NCBI GenBank assembly: GCA_963793425.1
Contig: CAWCAG010000005.1
Coordinates: 992,001-1,056,000, forward strand
Direction: 5' to 3'
Source of the DNA: an uncultured cyanobacterium
GTDB taxonomy: Bacteria > Cyanobacteriota > Cyanobacteriia > Cyanobacteriales > CAWCAG01
Length of the DNA stretch: 64,000 nt
Below the pieces are notes generated by a model. The model worked only from the letters and a program-made list of their open reading frames with translations. It was not told the origin of the DNA and made no database searches. Positions 30,928 to 40,236 of this stretch are shown here, in pieces. The position numbers were made by a program, and so were the translations under genes. The first letter of the stretch is position 1. Every line of letters starts with the position of its first letter.

Positions 30928-31320
30928 TTAACTTTTAATAGCATCGACTGGCCTACCTGTCTTCGCTGCTGCTTTTTCGGCTATGTAATCATAAACTGCC
31001 CGATGATTAGGAACTGCCCGCATTTCTAAACGGCTTTTATCTCTTAGGGTGACAACTATATCTCCCCATAGTCCGACACCTCTAGCCACTTTGACGATTT
31101 TAATAATTTCTGAATAGATTATATCTGTGCGATCGCGACTCTTAAATCCTCCGGTTATGGAGATGCGACGGTTAGTAATTCGGTATCGTAACCAGAGTGC
31201 GCGAACTATAGCTCCTACAGTTAAGGGTAAGCAGATAACAGTAAAGCCTAACAAAATTCCTATAATCAGATCGCCAACGTGAGGACCTCCTTCATAAAAA
31301 GTTTCTTCTTTAATGCCCAT
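30928..31320 (-). CDS. Bacterial PH-domain membrane protein
   Basis: LRYRITNRRI, WGDIV; conserved cyanobacterial position between rnpA and yidC. Confidence 0.82.
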   Translation of the reverse strand: MGIKEETFYEGGPHVGDLIIGILLGFTVICLPLTVGAIVRALWLRYRITNRRISITGGFKSRDRTDIIYSEIIKIVKVARGVGLWGDIVVTLRDKSRLEMRAVPNHRAVYDYIAEKAAAKTGRPVDAIKS

Positions 31321-31672
31321 GTAATACCTCAGCTTTTGTCAATAACTTTTCTAATTCTCGCAAAAAATGTTCATATTCGCATCCTCGTGCCTCTGGTTTA
31401 ACCACTAAGACTACTTGCCAGCCTGGGGAGATTTGTTTGAGTAATTCGCGTATAGCACCTTTGATTTGCCTTTTGATACGATTACGAATCACGGCTTTTT
31501 TGCTCACTTTCTTGCTAATAGAAATACCAAAGCGACTAGGTGTTATCTCTGTTTGAGAGTCCTCTTGCCAAGCTCTCAGAGTTAAATAATGCCCTGAACA
31601 ACGAATTCCTTGGCGGTAAACTTGCTGGAAGTCTTTTCTATGTCTAAGTCGGTTTGCTTTGGGCAATCCCAC
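31310..31672 (-). CDS. rnpA: Ribonuclease P protein component
   Basis: RFGISISKKVSKKAVIRNRIKR. Confidence 0.95.
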   Translation of the reverse strand: MGLPKANRLRHRKDFQQVYRQGIRCSGHYLTLRAWQEDSQTEITPSRFGISISKKVSKKAVIRNRIKRQIKGAIRELLKQISPGWQVVLVVKPEARGCEYEHFLRELEKLLTKAEVLHGH

Positions 31673-31719
31673 GGGGCAGAGGTTATGAAAGTTTGATTAT
31701 GATAGCTTGAGGCTTTAAT

Positions 31720-31857
31720 TTACACAGCAAGGCGTTCTCTTCCTTTGCTACGACGAGCATTGATTACTCTACGGCCTGTTTTGGTACGCATTCGTTTACG
31801 GAAGCCGGATTTTCTCTTTTGCTTACGGTTGCTACCGCCAAAGGTGCGCTTACTCAC
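31720..31857 (-). CDS. rpmH: 50S ribosomal protein L34 (not in ORF track)
   Basis: GTG start; [45 protein letters not shown]. Confidence 0.95.
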   Translation of the reverse strand: MSKRTFGGSNRKQKRKSGFRKRMRTKTGRRVINARRSKGRERLAV

Positions 31858-32059
31858 TAACTATAACTCTCCTAAATAAAATAAATGAAAATTTACAAAC
31901 CTATATTATATCATTGCTGCAATATTCTTCTGACAATTTGATGGCAGTCTTGATTAGATGGCTCCCTCAGTTCAGTTATCCATCGTGCAAAAATGGGCTA
32001 CTTTTTAGGTATGATGAGAAAGTTGTAACCTTGCTTCTCAACTAAAAGGAAAAACTTTT

Positions 32060-32176
32060 ATGATAACCCTAAAAATTGTTGTTTATGTCGTTGTCGCCTT
32101 CTTCGTTGGCCTCTTTATCTTTGGATTCTTGTCTAGTGATCCGGCCCGGAACCCAGGTCGGCGCGACTTAGAATAG
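32060..32176 (+). CDS. psbI: Photosystem II protein PsbI (not in ORF track)
   Basis: [38 protein letters not shown]. Confidence 0.96.
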   Translation: MITLKIVVYVVVAFFVGLFIFGFLSSDPARNPGRRDLE

Positions 32177-32394
32177 GAGAAAAGGGAACTTGGTGGCGAC
32201 TTGGGCTAGTCATAGCACAGGATAGCAAAAGACCAGCGAATGATGAATAATAGTTTTTCGGCTCCTTTTGCCTATTTCTTAAATTTGATTGTAAGAAACA
32301 ACTCTTACTTACTCTAAAGAGAAGGCTACGCCAATGGCTTTTCCCTGTGCTGTTTTAATCCGGAGCAAGCTATTCAAGTCTTGTTTAACTATAT

Positions 32395-34797
32395 ATGTCC
32401 ATACCCGTTCCGCCACCAGAAACGCCTGTTCTTACTCAAGCTAGATCAGCAGAAATTGTTAATCAAACTGCTGAGGCGATCGCCATCGGGGCCACTAATT
32501 CTCAAAAGTCACCCTTAGCCATACCAGAAAGGTTTGCCCCAGAATTTTACTCTGCTAAAGCTAATGCACCCTTTCCCAGCCGCGAGTTATACTCTCAAGA
32601 TTTTTCTCCCCTCATCAAAAGAACCGCTGCTGATTTGGGCAAACCAATCACCATCGGCTATTTAGCTTCAGCTCAGCCTAATATTTCCCAAAGCAACAAA
32701 AGTTCTCACCAAGTTACGACCAAAAACGAATTTACACCAACTTCTACGGTAATTTCTGGGTTAACAGAAGATGCTGAACGGACTATTTTATTGACCCAAG
32801 AACGAAATGGTGAAAGCCGGGAATTTGAATTAACTATTCCTGTAGATGAAGATGAACAAGAAGAAGATGAACCAACCATACCTGGGAATGAAGAGGAAAC
32901 CACAACACCTGCCACACCTACTGCCATCCCCATTGAACCAGCAGATGTAGTTGAAATCACCTCAGACCGCCAAGAATACGACGAAGCAAGAAATATTGTT
33001 ACCGCCGAAGGTAATGTAGAAATACGCTTTTCTAGGGCTGTATTAACTGCTGACCGAGTACAAGTAAATTTAGATAATCAAATAACTGTTGCAGAAGGTA
33101 ATGTCGCCCTGAGAAGAGGAGATCAAACCATCAGAGGGTCAAGGTTTGAATATTACTTTGTGCAAGATAGCGGTATTGTTTTGAATGCTAGTGGAGAAAT
33201 CTACCAACCTACTACAGGCAGAGACTTTAACCCGACTTTAGCTAACGACCCTCTCGCCGCAACTATACCAGACCGCCCCTTAAGCGATCGCGTCACCGCA
33301 GGGCAACCATTGCAACGAATTTCTACTGATGAAGGTTATCGTTTTGTGGTGGGAGGGAGTCCTGAAATTGGTACATCTAGGGCTACTTCAGGGACGGGAG
33401 GAACTATCAACCGTTTGCGTTTCCAAGCAGATAGAGTTGATTTTTATCCTGAAGGTTGGGATGCTACTAATATTCGCATCACCAACGATCCTTTTTCCCC
33501 TCCGGAATTAGAAATTCAAGCCGACACCGCTAGATCAAGAAAGCTAGGGCCATTACTAGATGAAGTTGTAACTAGCAACTCCCGCGTTGTTTTCGATCAA
33601 GGTTTCTCTCTCCCCCTATTTCGTAACCGCTTTCTGTTAGATCGCCGCCCCCGCCAACCAACCTTATTTAATGTTGGTTTAGATGGTAACGAAAGGGGAG
33701 GTGTATTTATTGAACGTAGCTTTGATATCATCAACAGCCCCCAGGTATTTTGGAGTGTTACACCCCAGTACTTCCTCCAAAGAGCAATTTTTGACGAAAA
33801 TCCTGGCGCTCCTTCCGCTTTCGGTGTTAAATCTAACCTTGATGTTATCTTTAGTCCTCGTACTACTTTAAGAGCTTCCGTAGCCGTTACTAGCTTTGAT
33901 CTTGATGAGATTGGCGAAGAAACTCGCGCTAGTGTTAGGGGACAGCAAATTATTGGTCGTACTAATCTTCCTCACCATACTTTAGGTTTAGAATATAGTT
34001 ATCGTGATCGCCTCTTTAACGGTTCTTTAGGCTTTCAGGATGTTCGTAGTACCTTGGGGGCTGTGATCACCTCTCCTGTTATTCCCATCGGCAATACAGG
34101 AGTTAACCTCACCTATCAAGGAGCAATTCAAAATATCAATGCGGATACTGACCGCCTAGATTTACTTGCCCCCATCAGGGATAATAATCGTGTTAATCTT
34201 ACTCGCTATCAAGCGGCCGCTTCTTTAGGCAAAGGCTTCTCTTTATGGCGAGGAGAGGCTTTACCTCCTACTCCCACCGAAGGTTTGCGTTATAGTCCCG
34301 TCCCTATTCAACCTTACCTAGCTTTATACACTGGTATCACTGGGGTTAGCAGCCTTTATAGTAGCGGGGACACTCAGCAATCTCTTGGCGGTAGTATTGG
34401 TCTACGAGGACAATTCGGCCATTTCTCCAAAAAATTCCTCGATTATACCGCCTTTAATCTTACCTTCAGCGGCGCAATTGTGGGAGATCAGTCTCCTTTC
34501 CGGTTTGACCGTTTTGTTGACCGCCAAACTGTTTCTTTCGGCATTACTCAGCAACTTTATGGCCCTTTCCGTTTTGGTTTCCAGACTTCCTATAACCTTG
34601 ATACCAGCCAAGAAATTAATACCACTTATTCTTTGGAATATAGCCGTCGTACTTACAATATTTTGTTGCAATATAACCCCGTTCAAGAGTTTGGTTCCCT
34701 TAGCTTTAGGATAAGTGACTTTAACTGGACTGGTTCCCCTGACCCCTTTGATGCAGATACAATTAACCCTGTGGTTCAAGGGGTAAGGCGAGAGTAA
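32395..34797 (+). CDS. LptD/OstA-like protein (DUF3769)
   Basis: OstA-like AEGNV repeats, TNDPFSPPEL, C-terminal barrel ending FRISDFNW. Confidence 0.85.
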   Translation: MSIPVPPPETPVLTQARSAEIVNQTAEAIAIGATNSQKSPLAIPERFAPEFYSAKANAPFPSRELYSQDFSPLIKRTAADLGKPITIGYLASAQPNISQSNKSSHQVTTKNEFTPTSTVISGLTEDAERTILLTQERNGESREFELTIPVDEDEQEEDEPTIPGNEEETTTPATPTAIPIEPADVVEITSDRQEYDEARNIVTAEGNVEIRFSRAVLTADRVQVNLDNQITVAEGNVALRRGDQTIRGSRFEYYFVQDSGIVLNASGEIYQPTTGRDFNPTLANDPLAATIPDRPLSDRVTAGQPLQRISTDEGYRFVVGGSPEIGTSRATSGTGGTINRLRFQADRVDFYPEGWDATNIRITNDPFSPPELEIQADTARSRKLGPLLDEVVTSNSRVVFDQGFSLPLFRNRFLLDRRPRQPTLFNVGLDGNERGGVFIERSFDIINSPQVFWSVTPQYFLQRAIFDENPGAPSAFGVKSNLDVIFSPRTTLRASVAVTSFDLDEIGEETRASVRGQQIIGRTNLPHHTLGLEYSYRDRLFNGSLGFQDVRSTLGAVITSPVIPIGNTGVNLTYQGAIQNINADTDRLDLLAPIRDNNRVNLTRYQAAASLGKGFSLWRGEALPPTPTEGLRYSPVPIQPYLALYTGITGVSSLYSSGDTQQSLGGSIGLRGQFGHFSKKFLDYTAFNLTFSGAIVGDQSPFRFDRFVDRQTVSFGITQQLYGPFRFGFQTSYNLDTSQEINTTYSLEYSRRTYNILLQYNPVQEFGSLSFRISDFNWTGSPDPFDADTINPVVQGVRRE

Positions 34798-34861
34798 TGG
34801 GGAAGCTGAAGCTATTACCTTAGCTGTTGAAGTCAATCTAAAGTCAGTGGCGATCGCAATC

Positions 34862-35260
34862 CTAATAATTCTTAGTTGCTTTGTCCAGCAATAGATTTAC
34901 ATGGGATGTATTCAAAGCCCTCGGAAGTCCGATAAGATAGCCCAGTCCTATCAGTAAATCAACAATCCCGATAACCCCTAGCATAATGCCAAGACCACCC
35001 CAGAATCCAAAGTAAGCCAATAAGAGAAAGGCAAAAACTCGTAAAATACCTTCCCAATAAACTAAAGTCCCCCGAACATTAAGGTTTCTCGAACAAAGAA
35101 TCAGGAGGACTCCCAAATAAATAACCAGAACTGCGGGAAGCCAGAGCCAGAAAAGAGAATTAGTCCCTTGTATACCTGAAAGACTGGGAATGCTAGGAAT
35201 CAGAAAACCTACTCCAAGGAGTATGTTGTAAATACCTGTCCAGAAAACAAATTTTTGCAT
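34862..35260 (-). CDS. Four-TM hypothetical membrane protein
   Basis: 132 aa with four hydrophobic segments. Confidence 0.7.
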   Translation of the reverse strand: MQKFVFWTGIYNILLGVGFLIPSIPSLSGIQGTNSLFWLWLPAVLVIYLGVLLILCSRNLNVRGTLVYWEGILRVFAFLLLAYFGFWGGLGIMLGVIGIVDLLIGLGYLIGLPRALNTSHVNLLLDKATKNY

Positions 35261-35343
35261 TGCATTTTCTTAAGGAAATATGTACAGCACGATTTAATTA
35301 AGATTAAGTTGTACAGCATCAATACTGCAATTATTTAAGAACT

Positions 35344-35589
35344 ATGAGTTTAGTTATTCCAGATGAATTTCTACAAACGGCCCGTATTTCTGAGGCTGAC
35401 CTTAAGTTAGAAATTGCTATTCTACTGTTTCAGCAAGAGAAAATAACTTTAGGTACTGCTAGCCAATTTGCCCAAATGAATCAATTAGAATTTCAGCGCA
35501 TTTTGGGGAGTAAGAAAATTTCCAATCATTATGGTGTCGAAGAATTTCGCCAAGATTTGAAAACATTAGAAGCTAACGACTGGCGATGA
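35344..35589 (+). CDS. UPF0175 family antitoxin-like protein
   Basis: EIAILLFQQEKITLGTASQFAQM...FQRIL...DL. Confidence 0.85.
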   Translation: MSLVIPDEFLQTARISEADLKLEIAILLFQQEKITLGTASQFAQMNQLEFQRILGSKKISNHYGVEEFRQDLKTLEANDWR

Positions 35590-35621
35590 TTATTGTTAGT
35601 AATACTATCCCGGTTTGGTAG
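35586..35621 (+). pseudogene. N-terminal stub of a PIN/DUF3368-type toxin
   Basis: ATGA overlap with UPF0175; MIIVSNTIPVW* resembles the MIIVS(D/N)TSP start of the usual partner; ends at a repeat element. Confidence 0.7.
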
Positions 35622-35745
35622 CACAGGTTATCTGTGAGGGCAGGCAACAGGCAAAAGGCAAGAGGCAAAAGGGTTTGAGACATTTTATTTTCTCGAAAGG
35701 TCAAGCTTTTATTGCAATTCTTGACATTCTTTAACTAAGGGTATG
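35619..35745. repeat. MITE-like dispersed repeat (right boundary uncertain)
   Basis: TAGCACAGGTTAT..GTGAGGG matches 42692-42713; followed by AGGCAA-type heptamers. Confidence 0.6.
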
Positions 35746-35746
35746 C

Positions 35747-36259
35747 CTAATTCCTAAGTTCCTCTCCTAACGAACTTAAAAATTTCCCCGCAAAACCCAC
35801 AAAATCCCTTGTTGTGGTTGCATCGTCAAAATTAACTGGGTTTAAATAATGCCACTTTCCCTCTTTCAGCAAATCCCGCGTTAACTTTTCCCCTAAAGCT
35901 GTTTTTCCCTGCCCCGTTAATCCAGTGATGACCAATAAACGAATTTCATCTTGCAGCTTGAGTTTTAATTCCTTTAAAGTTTCTTCCCTGCCCACCCAAG
36001 TATCAAGAGGTTTAGGTAGTTCAGTTTGGTTATTAGTCGTTTCTTGAGCAGATATTTCCTGCCAATCTAAACCCAGCTTTTTAGAAATGTCTACAAAATA
36101 GCCAAAATCTACAGCCCTACCGTTAAGAAAGCTTTGTACCGTAGATTGTGAAACATCTATTTCAATAGCAAATTGTTTCTGACTGGGATAACCATTACGT
36201 TTAACAGCATCTTTAACTTGTTGAATATTATCAGGGGAAACCTTGAGAGAACGTCCCAT
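35747..36259 (-). pseudogene. XRE-HTH fused to an NB-ARC/NACHT-like P-loop NTPase, C-terminally truncated
   Basis: SQKQFAIEIDVSQSTVQSFLNG HTH; WVGRE; ITGLTGQGKT Walker A; stops before Walker B next to the repeat element. Confidence 0.75.
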
Positions 36260-36454
36260 TATTTAGCTTCTAATATGAAATACAAAAGAATCTGCTACCA
36301 ATAAATGAAATTAAGCTATTTGCTCTTAGCCATGAGGAAATAACCTTTGCTTAAACGATCCCATATCTAGATGCGCCCTACCACCAAGTTTATTTCCGAC
36401 GATAGGGCAACCCTTGAATAAATCAGCCAAGTATAAACAAGGTAGAGCGAAGCG

Positions 36455-36520
36455 GTTAGGAAGGGGTGTGGGGAAACACTTGTTTCCCTGCTGGGGGGTT
36501 TGGGGGGCTAGCCCACCAAT
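36455..36520. repeat. G-rich double-hairpin intergenic element
   Basis: GGGAAACA-CT-TGTTTCCC and TTGGGGGGCTAGCCCACCAA; GC-rich against its surroundings. Confidence 0.45.
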
Positions 36521-36589
36521 AGAACTATACTTCCAACAGATTAACCTGAAAAAACTTATCTGTAGCATCGTTATTCCTATCAGTTAACA

Positions 36590-36650
36590 GGTGGGCAAAA
36601 CTTGATGTTACTGGTAACAACCAAAGATTATGGTTTATTGCCCACCCTAC
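36590..36650. repeat. REP-like inverted repeat
   Basis: GGTGGGCAA ... TTGCCCACC followed by CTAC. Confidence 0.65.
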
Positions 36651-36682
36651 TATGATAACTGTCAAATAAGGGTTACAGCCTT

Positions 36683-36759
36683 TCTCAACACGAACTCAAT
36701 ACAAACTCAACACACCTCAACACAAAATCAACATCCCTTTAAGCACAGAACTCAACACA
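36683..36759. repeat. Helically phased CTCAACAC-type direct repeats
   Basis: TCAA cores at 36685, 36696, 36707, 36717, 36728 and 36752. Confidence 0.8.
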
Positions 36760-36800
36760 GCAGGAATTTAGATGGGAATTGTAGATTTCAAAAAGCAAAA

Positions 36801-36944
36801 ATGAAAAATATCGAAGAATTAAAAACCCTTCTAGAATTACTAGTCATCTTCCTCACCTTCGCCGAATCACCTTTTACATTTGCGATCGCACTAATAGTCG
36901 TAGGCATTTACTTGATTATTCATAGCCTCCAACCCCTCAACTAA
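36801..36944 (+). CDS. Small hydrophobic protein (47 aa)
   Basis: ATG at 36801; MKNIEELKTLLELLVIFLTFAESPFTFAIALIVVGIYLIIHSLQPLN; the upstream extension is just translated repeats. Confidence 0.5.
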   Translation: MKNIEELKTLLELLVIFLTFAESPFTFAIALIVVGIYLIIHSLQPLN

Positions 36945-36967
36945 GAAAATATTGAATGTATTCTTAA

Positions 36968-36999
36968 AGCTAATAGCTAAAAGCTAACAGCTAACAGCT
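36968..36999. repeat. Heptamer tandem repeat (AGCTAAN)
   Basis: Directly visible. Confidence 0.8.
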
Positions 37000-38462
37000 T
37001 AAAAAACATTAGGAACCCAATTACCATGCAAACCGTAAGGAATATGCTGTTTAAGATTAAGCTTGGCAACAAGATCAAGGTTACTAGCATCAAGAATAAT
37101 TAACTCAGAACGATGGCGATCGCCGTTATAAACTAGAGTCAGAATCCAACCCTCATCTTCTTGATAACTTTGGGGGTGAGGTACAAAAACAGGTTCGCTA
37201 ACAAAGCCGCTGGGGGCCGCACTCCAAAACTTTTCTGTTCCGGTGGTTAAATCTAGTTTGAGGATACCTTGTAAAGGTGCGTTGCCCTCTTTTTGTTCAG
37301 CAACACCTATAAATAAATAACGGTAGGAATGTCCGACATAATCAGGATGAACTTCAGGAAATTCGCAACAACGACTCAACAATAACTGACTATCAGTTAT
37401 TTTCTGTTCTAAATCTAAAGTAAAGCGCCACAGTTGTCCTGGTGCTAAGGTAGCAAAATCTACATCGCGATAATCCGCATCATTTTGTACCTGGGGAATA
37501 GAGTCATAGCAAATGGAGTCGAGATAAATTTTGCCGTTTTCCTCAAAAGCATTGGCATGATGAAAAACAAATCCTGCTTGGGTTTCCAGGACTTTTATCT
37601 TTTCCCCTGCTTTAGTATCACGAGGAATAACTATGATGCGAGTAGGGCTGTTGGCTTGAAAGTTAACACATTCTCCTGCCCCTTTAAACCCTAATAAAAA
37701 AGGTAGGGGATTGAAAGTAACAGGATTTTGGAAAAAGAGACAATAATTAGGGGTGATCGCAAAGTCATGAATGAAGGCAAATCCTGGTACGCTATGGTCG
37801 TGGCGACGTAGCAATTTCCCCGCAGAATCTAATTCATAAACGGTAATAGTTGTAGAAAGCCCAGGTTTGATAGCAAAATTAACTAAACAAGGCTCTCCAT
37901 TGTTAAACTGACAACTAGGATCAATCCAAGGATGAGCTGCAAAAGCATCTCCTGGTTGTAGAATGCCATCAAGATCATCTAAGCCCAAAGTATCTAAATT
38001 ACGAGGATCTAAGCGATAGGGTTGGGCTGCTTCCCAAAGGGCGAGGAGTTTCCCTCCCCAGTAAATAACGTTGGTATTGGCAATATTTTTGAGGCGAAAA
38101 TCAAAGGCATTGTTCCACCACCCACCGGGCTTTTGAGTACCGAAAACACCACGATAAAGAATTTTACCAGCTTCTTGTTCTTCGACAAAAGCTTCTGTAC
38201 GGACAAAACGGTTGCGGAAGTGTGCGCTTCCTTCCTGAAATGAAATAGCACAAACCATGCCATCACCGTCAAAGGGATGGCGTATGGGAGTACCGTGGAT
38301 GTCTAATAATCCTGGACCATTACGAAATAAAGTACCCTCAAGTTCGGTGGGAATTTCTCCTTCAATGTCATCAACCCAATAATCAGATTCTTGGAGTTGA
38401 GATTGATAACCTTGTTTCCATTGTTCAGGGTTATAGGATGTGGTATTTGCAGCTAGTTTCAT
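36999..38462 (-). CDS. Carotenoid/apocarotenoid oxygenase
   Basis: FRNGPG, HPFDGDG, four His ligands (AAHP, IHDF, FHHAN, GLHG), SEPVF. Confidence 0.93.
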   Translation of the reverse strand: MKLAANTTSYNPEQWKQGYQSQLQESDYWVDDIEGEIPTELEGTLFRNGPGLLDIHGTPIRHPFDGDGMVCAISFQEGSAHFRNRFVRTEAFVEEQEAGKILYRGVFGTQKPGGWWNNAFDFRLKNIANTNVIYWGGKLLALWEAAQPYRLDPRNLDTLGLDDLDGILQPGDAFAAHPWIDPSCQFNNGEPCLVNFAIKPGLSTTITVYELDSAGKLLRRHDHSVPGFAFIHDFAITPNYCLFFQNPVTFNPLPFLLGFKGAGECVNFQANSPTRIIVIPRDTKAGEKIKVLETQAGFVFHHANAFEENGKIYLDSICYDSIPQVQNDADYRDVDFATLAPGQLWRFTLDLEQKITDSQLLLSRCCEFPEVHPDYVGHSYRYLFIGVAEQKEGNAPLQGILKLDLTTGTEKFWSAAPSGFVSEPVFVPHPQSYQEDEGWILTLVYNGDRHRSELIILDASNLDLVAKLNLKQHIPYGLHGNWVPNVF

Positions 38463-38503
38463 TGGCTATTAATAGTTTTTAAAAAGTGGTAGTAAGTTTT
38501 AAA

Positions 38504-39901
38504 TTAAATCGTTGGCACTAAAGGCTTTTCCAGATCTCCTTTAGTCTCATGTTCCTCTAACCCTTGCCTAACCAGGTTTTCTTTCTCCTCTTCAATTTTG
38601 GGATCACCTGATGGTAACCAGCCTAGAAATGGCAAAGGTAATAAGCTAGATAGGTTAACGATGACAACCAAAAGCCAAAGATTACTAAAATCCGTTTGCG
38701 TCACCCCCAAAAACTTTGTTAACAAAGCCCCCAACTCATGGGAAAGTAGCCCTGCGAGGTTAAAAACCGACATGAGGAGGGCAAATAAAGTTGCTTCCAC
38801 TCCCGCAGGACAAAGGCGGGCAGAAAGAACTAATACTGGCATAAAAGCTATTTGTCCCATGACGGTGAGGATGAGACTATCTCCTAAACTAAACCAATGA
38901 TCGTCTATGCCCAAAGTACGGTTAGCATGGGTGACTAAGAGTAAAGTTGTCATGCCTAAAACTGCTGAGATAACGGTACTCCAGCCAAAGATGGTTCGGA
39001 AGGAGACAGTTTTGAGGAAGCGTTGATATAACCAAATACCGAGTAGAGAAGCAAAACTTGTTACTAGGCGAACTCTACCTAAAAATTCTGGTTCAAATCC
39101 TAATTCATTAGTGACGAAGAAAAATATTGCTGATTCTCCCCCAGGAGTTGCTTGCCAAATAAAAATAAACAGGGTGGGCAACCAAATATACTTTTGAGTT
39201 ATGGCCGCCCATAACTGTCTAACTTGTTGTTTAGCCCCAGCTACATTAATTTTATGACTAGTTTTTTCTTCAACAATTAACCAAGCAACACCGGAAACTA
39301 TGAGGGGGAAAGTGGCAGTGATAGAAAAAACTGTTTGGTTACTGAAATGTTGCAGTAGCAAGCCGCTTAAGTAAGCAGTGGTTAACCCTCCTAATGCTGT
39401 ACAACTCCAGCTTAGAGATTGCAAAGACCCGGACTTTTCTAAAGATTCTTCCCTCGCCCTTTCTACCACCAAAGAGTCTACAATTACATCACTAATAGCC
39501 ATAGAAAGAGATGTAAACAAAATTGCCGTGGTAGCTGCCCAAGGACTATTAACCACTGTCCCCAAAGCTAACCAAGAAACTGCCCCCAAGATACCGGAGA
39601 TAATTAAGTAAGGGCGGCGGCGATAGCCAAATAAGGGTAAGCCATCAGAAATAAAGCCAAACAAGGGTTTTGTTACCCAAGGCAAAGAGGCAATACCCAT
39701 CAACGCAGCAACTTGGGCAGGGCTGAGGGCGAGGTCATCTTTAAGGAAAAAGCTAACAGCTAAACGTGCTAAACCGAGTATGCCTTGAACGAAATAAACC
39801 GTCATGATGGCAAGTAACTCAGGATTTGGTTCGTTGCCGAACAAAATCTTTTCTTTAATTAATTCTTTGAACTGACTGAGCCTAGGAGAAGAAGCTGTCA
39901 T
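38504..39901 (-). CDS. Folate/biopterin MFS transporter (BT1)
   Basis: YFVQG, PWVTKPLFGFISD, GYRRRPY, LCPAGVEATLFA. Confidence 0.92.
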   Translation of the reverse strand: MTASSPRLSQFKELIKEKILFGNEPNPELLAIMTVYFVQGILGLARLAVSFFLKDDLALSPAQVAALMGIASLPWVTKPLFGFISDGLPLFGYRRRPYLIISGILGAVSWLALGTVVNSPWAATTAILFTSLSMAISDVIVDSLVVERAREESLEKSGSLQSLSWSCTALGGLTTAYLSGLLLQHFSNQTVFSITATFPLIVSGVAWLIVEEKTSHKINVAGAKQQVRQLWAAITQKYIWLPTLFIFIWQATPGGESAIFFFVTNELGFEPEFLGRVRLVTSFASLLGIWLYQRFLKTVSFRTIFGWSTVISAVLGMTTLLLVTHANRTLGIDDHWFSLGDSLILTVMGQIAFMPVLVLSARLCPAGVEATLFALLMSVFNLAGLLSHELGALLTKFLGVTQTDFSNLWLLVVIVNLSSLLPLPFLGWLPSGDPKIEEEKENLVRQGLEEHETKGDLEKPLVPTI

Positions 39902-40236
39902 GAATATTTTTTAAGTTTTATATCCTTTTATATCTTATACAGCTAATAGAGATTTCGGTATAGCTAGAAAATCAGAAATCTAACTGTTGAGAAAGAGCTT
40001 GGGCGGCAAATCTCTACCTACAGGATGAGAGTCTTGGTTTTTTAGGGAAACTTATATGTAGTTTGGGAAGAAAGATACAAGTAGATAATCAATCTTGGGG
40101 TGAGGCTAATATAGGGTGTGACCCTACATACTGGAAGTACTTTGAATAGGGACTTTTAATTCATTCGATCTTGGGCAACGAAACAATTAAACTACCTAAT
40201 TTAATTCCTTCTCAAAAATTGTAACTTTGTGCTACT

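Noticed and set aside
26402..31857. rpmH-rnpA-yidC-jag operon with a PH gene and no dnaA as a novelty
   Set aside because: This is the usual cyanobacterial arrangement
36326..36568. 80 aa minus-strand ORF
   Set aside because: Translates through G-rich repeat DNA; no protein features
36630..36800. N-terminal half of the 104 aa ORF
   Set aside because: Spans the REP-like element and the phased repeats; ATG 36801 is the more plausible start
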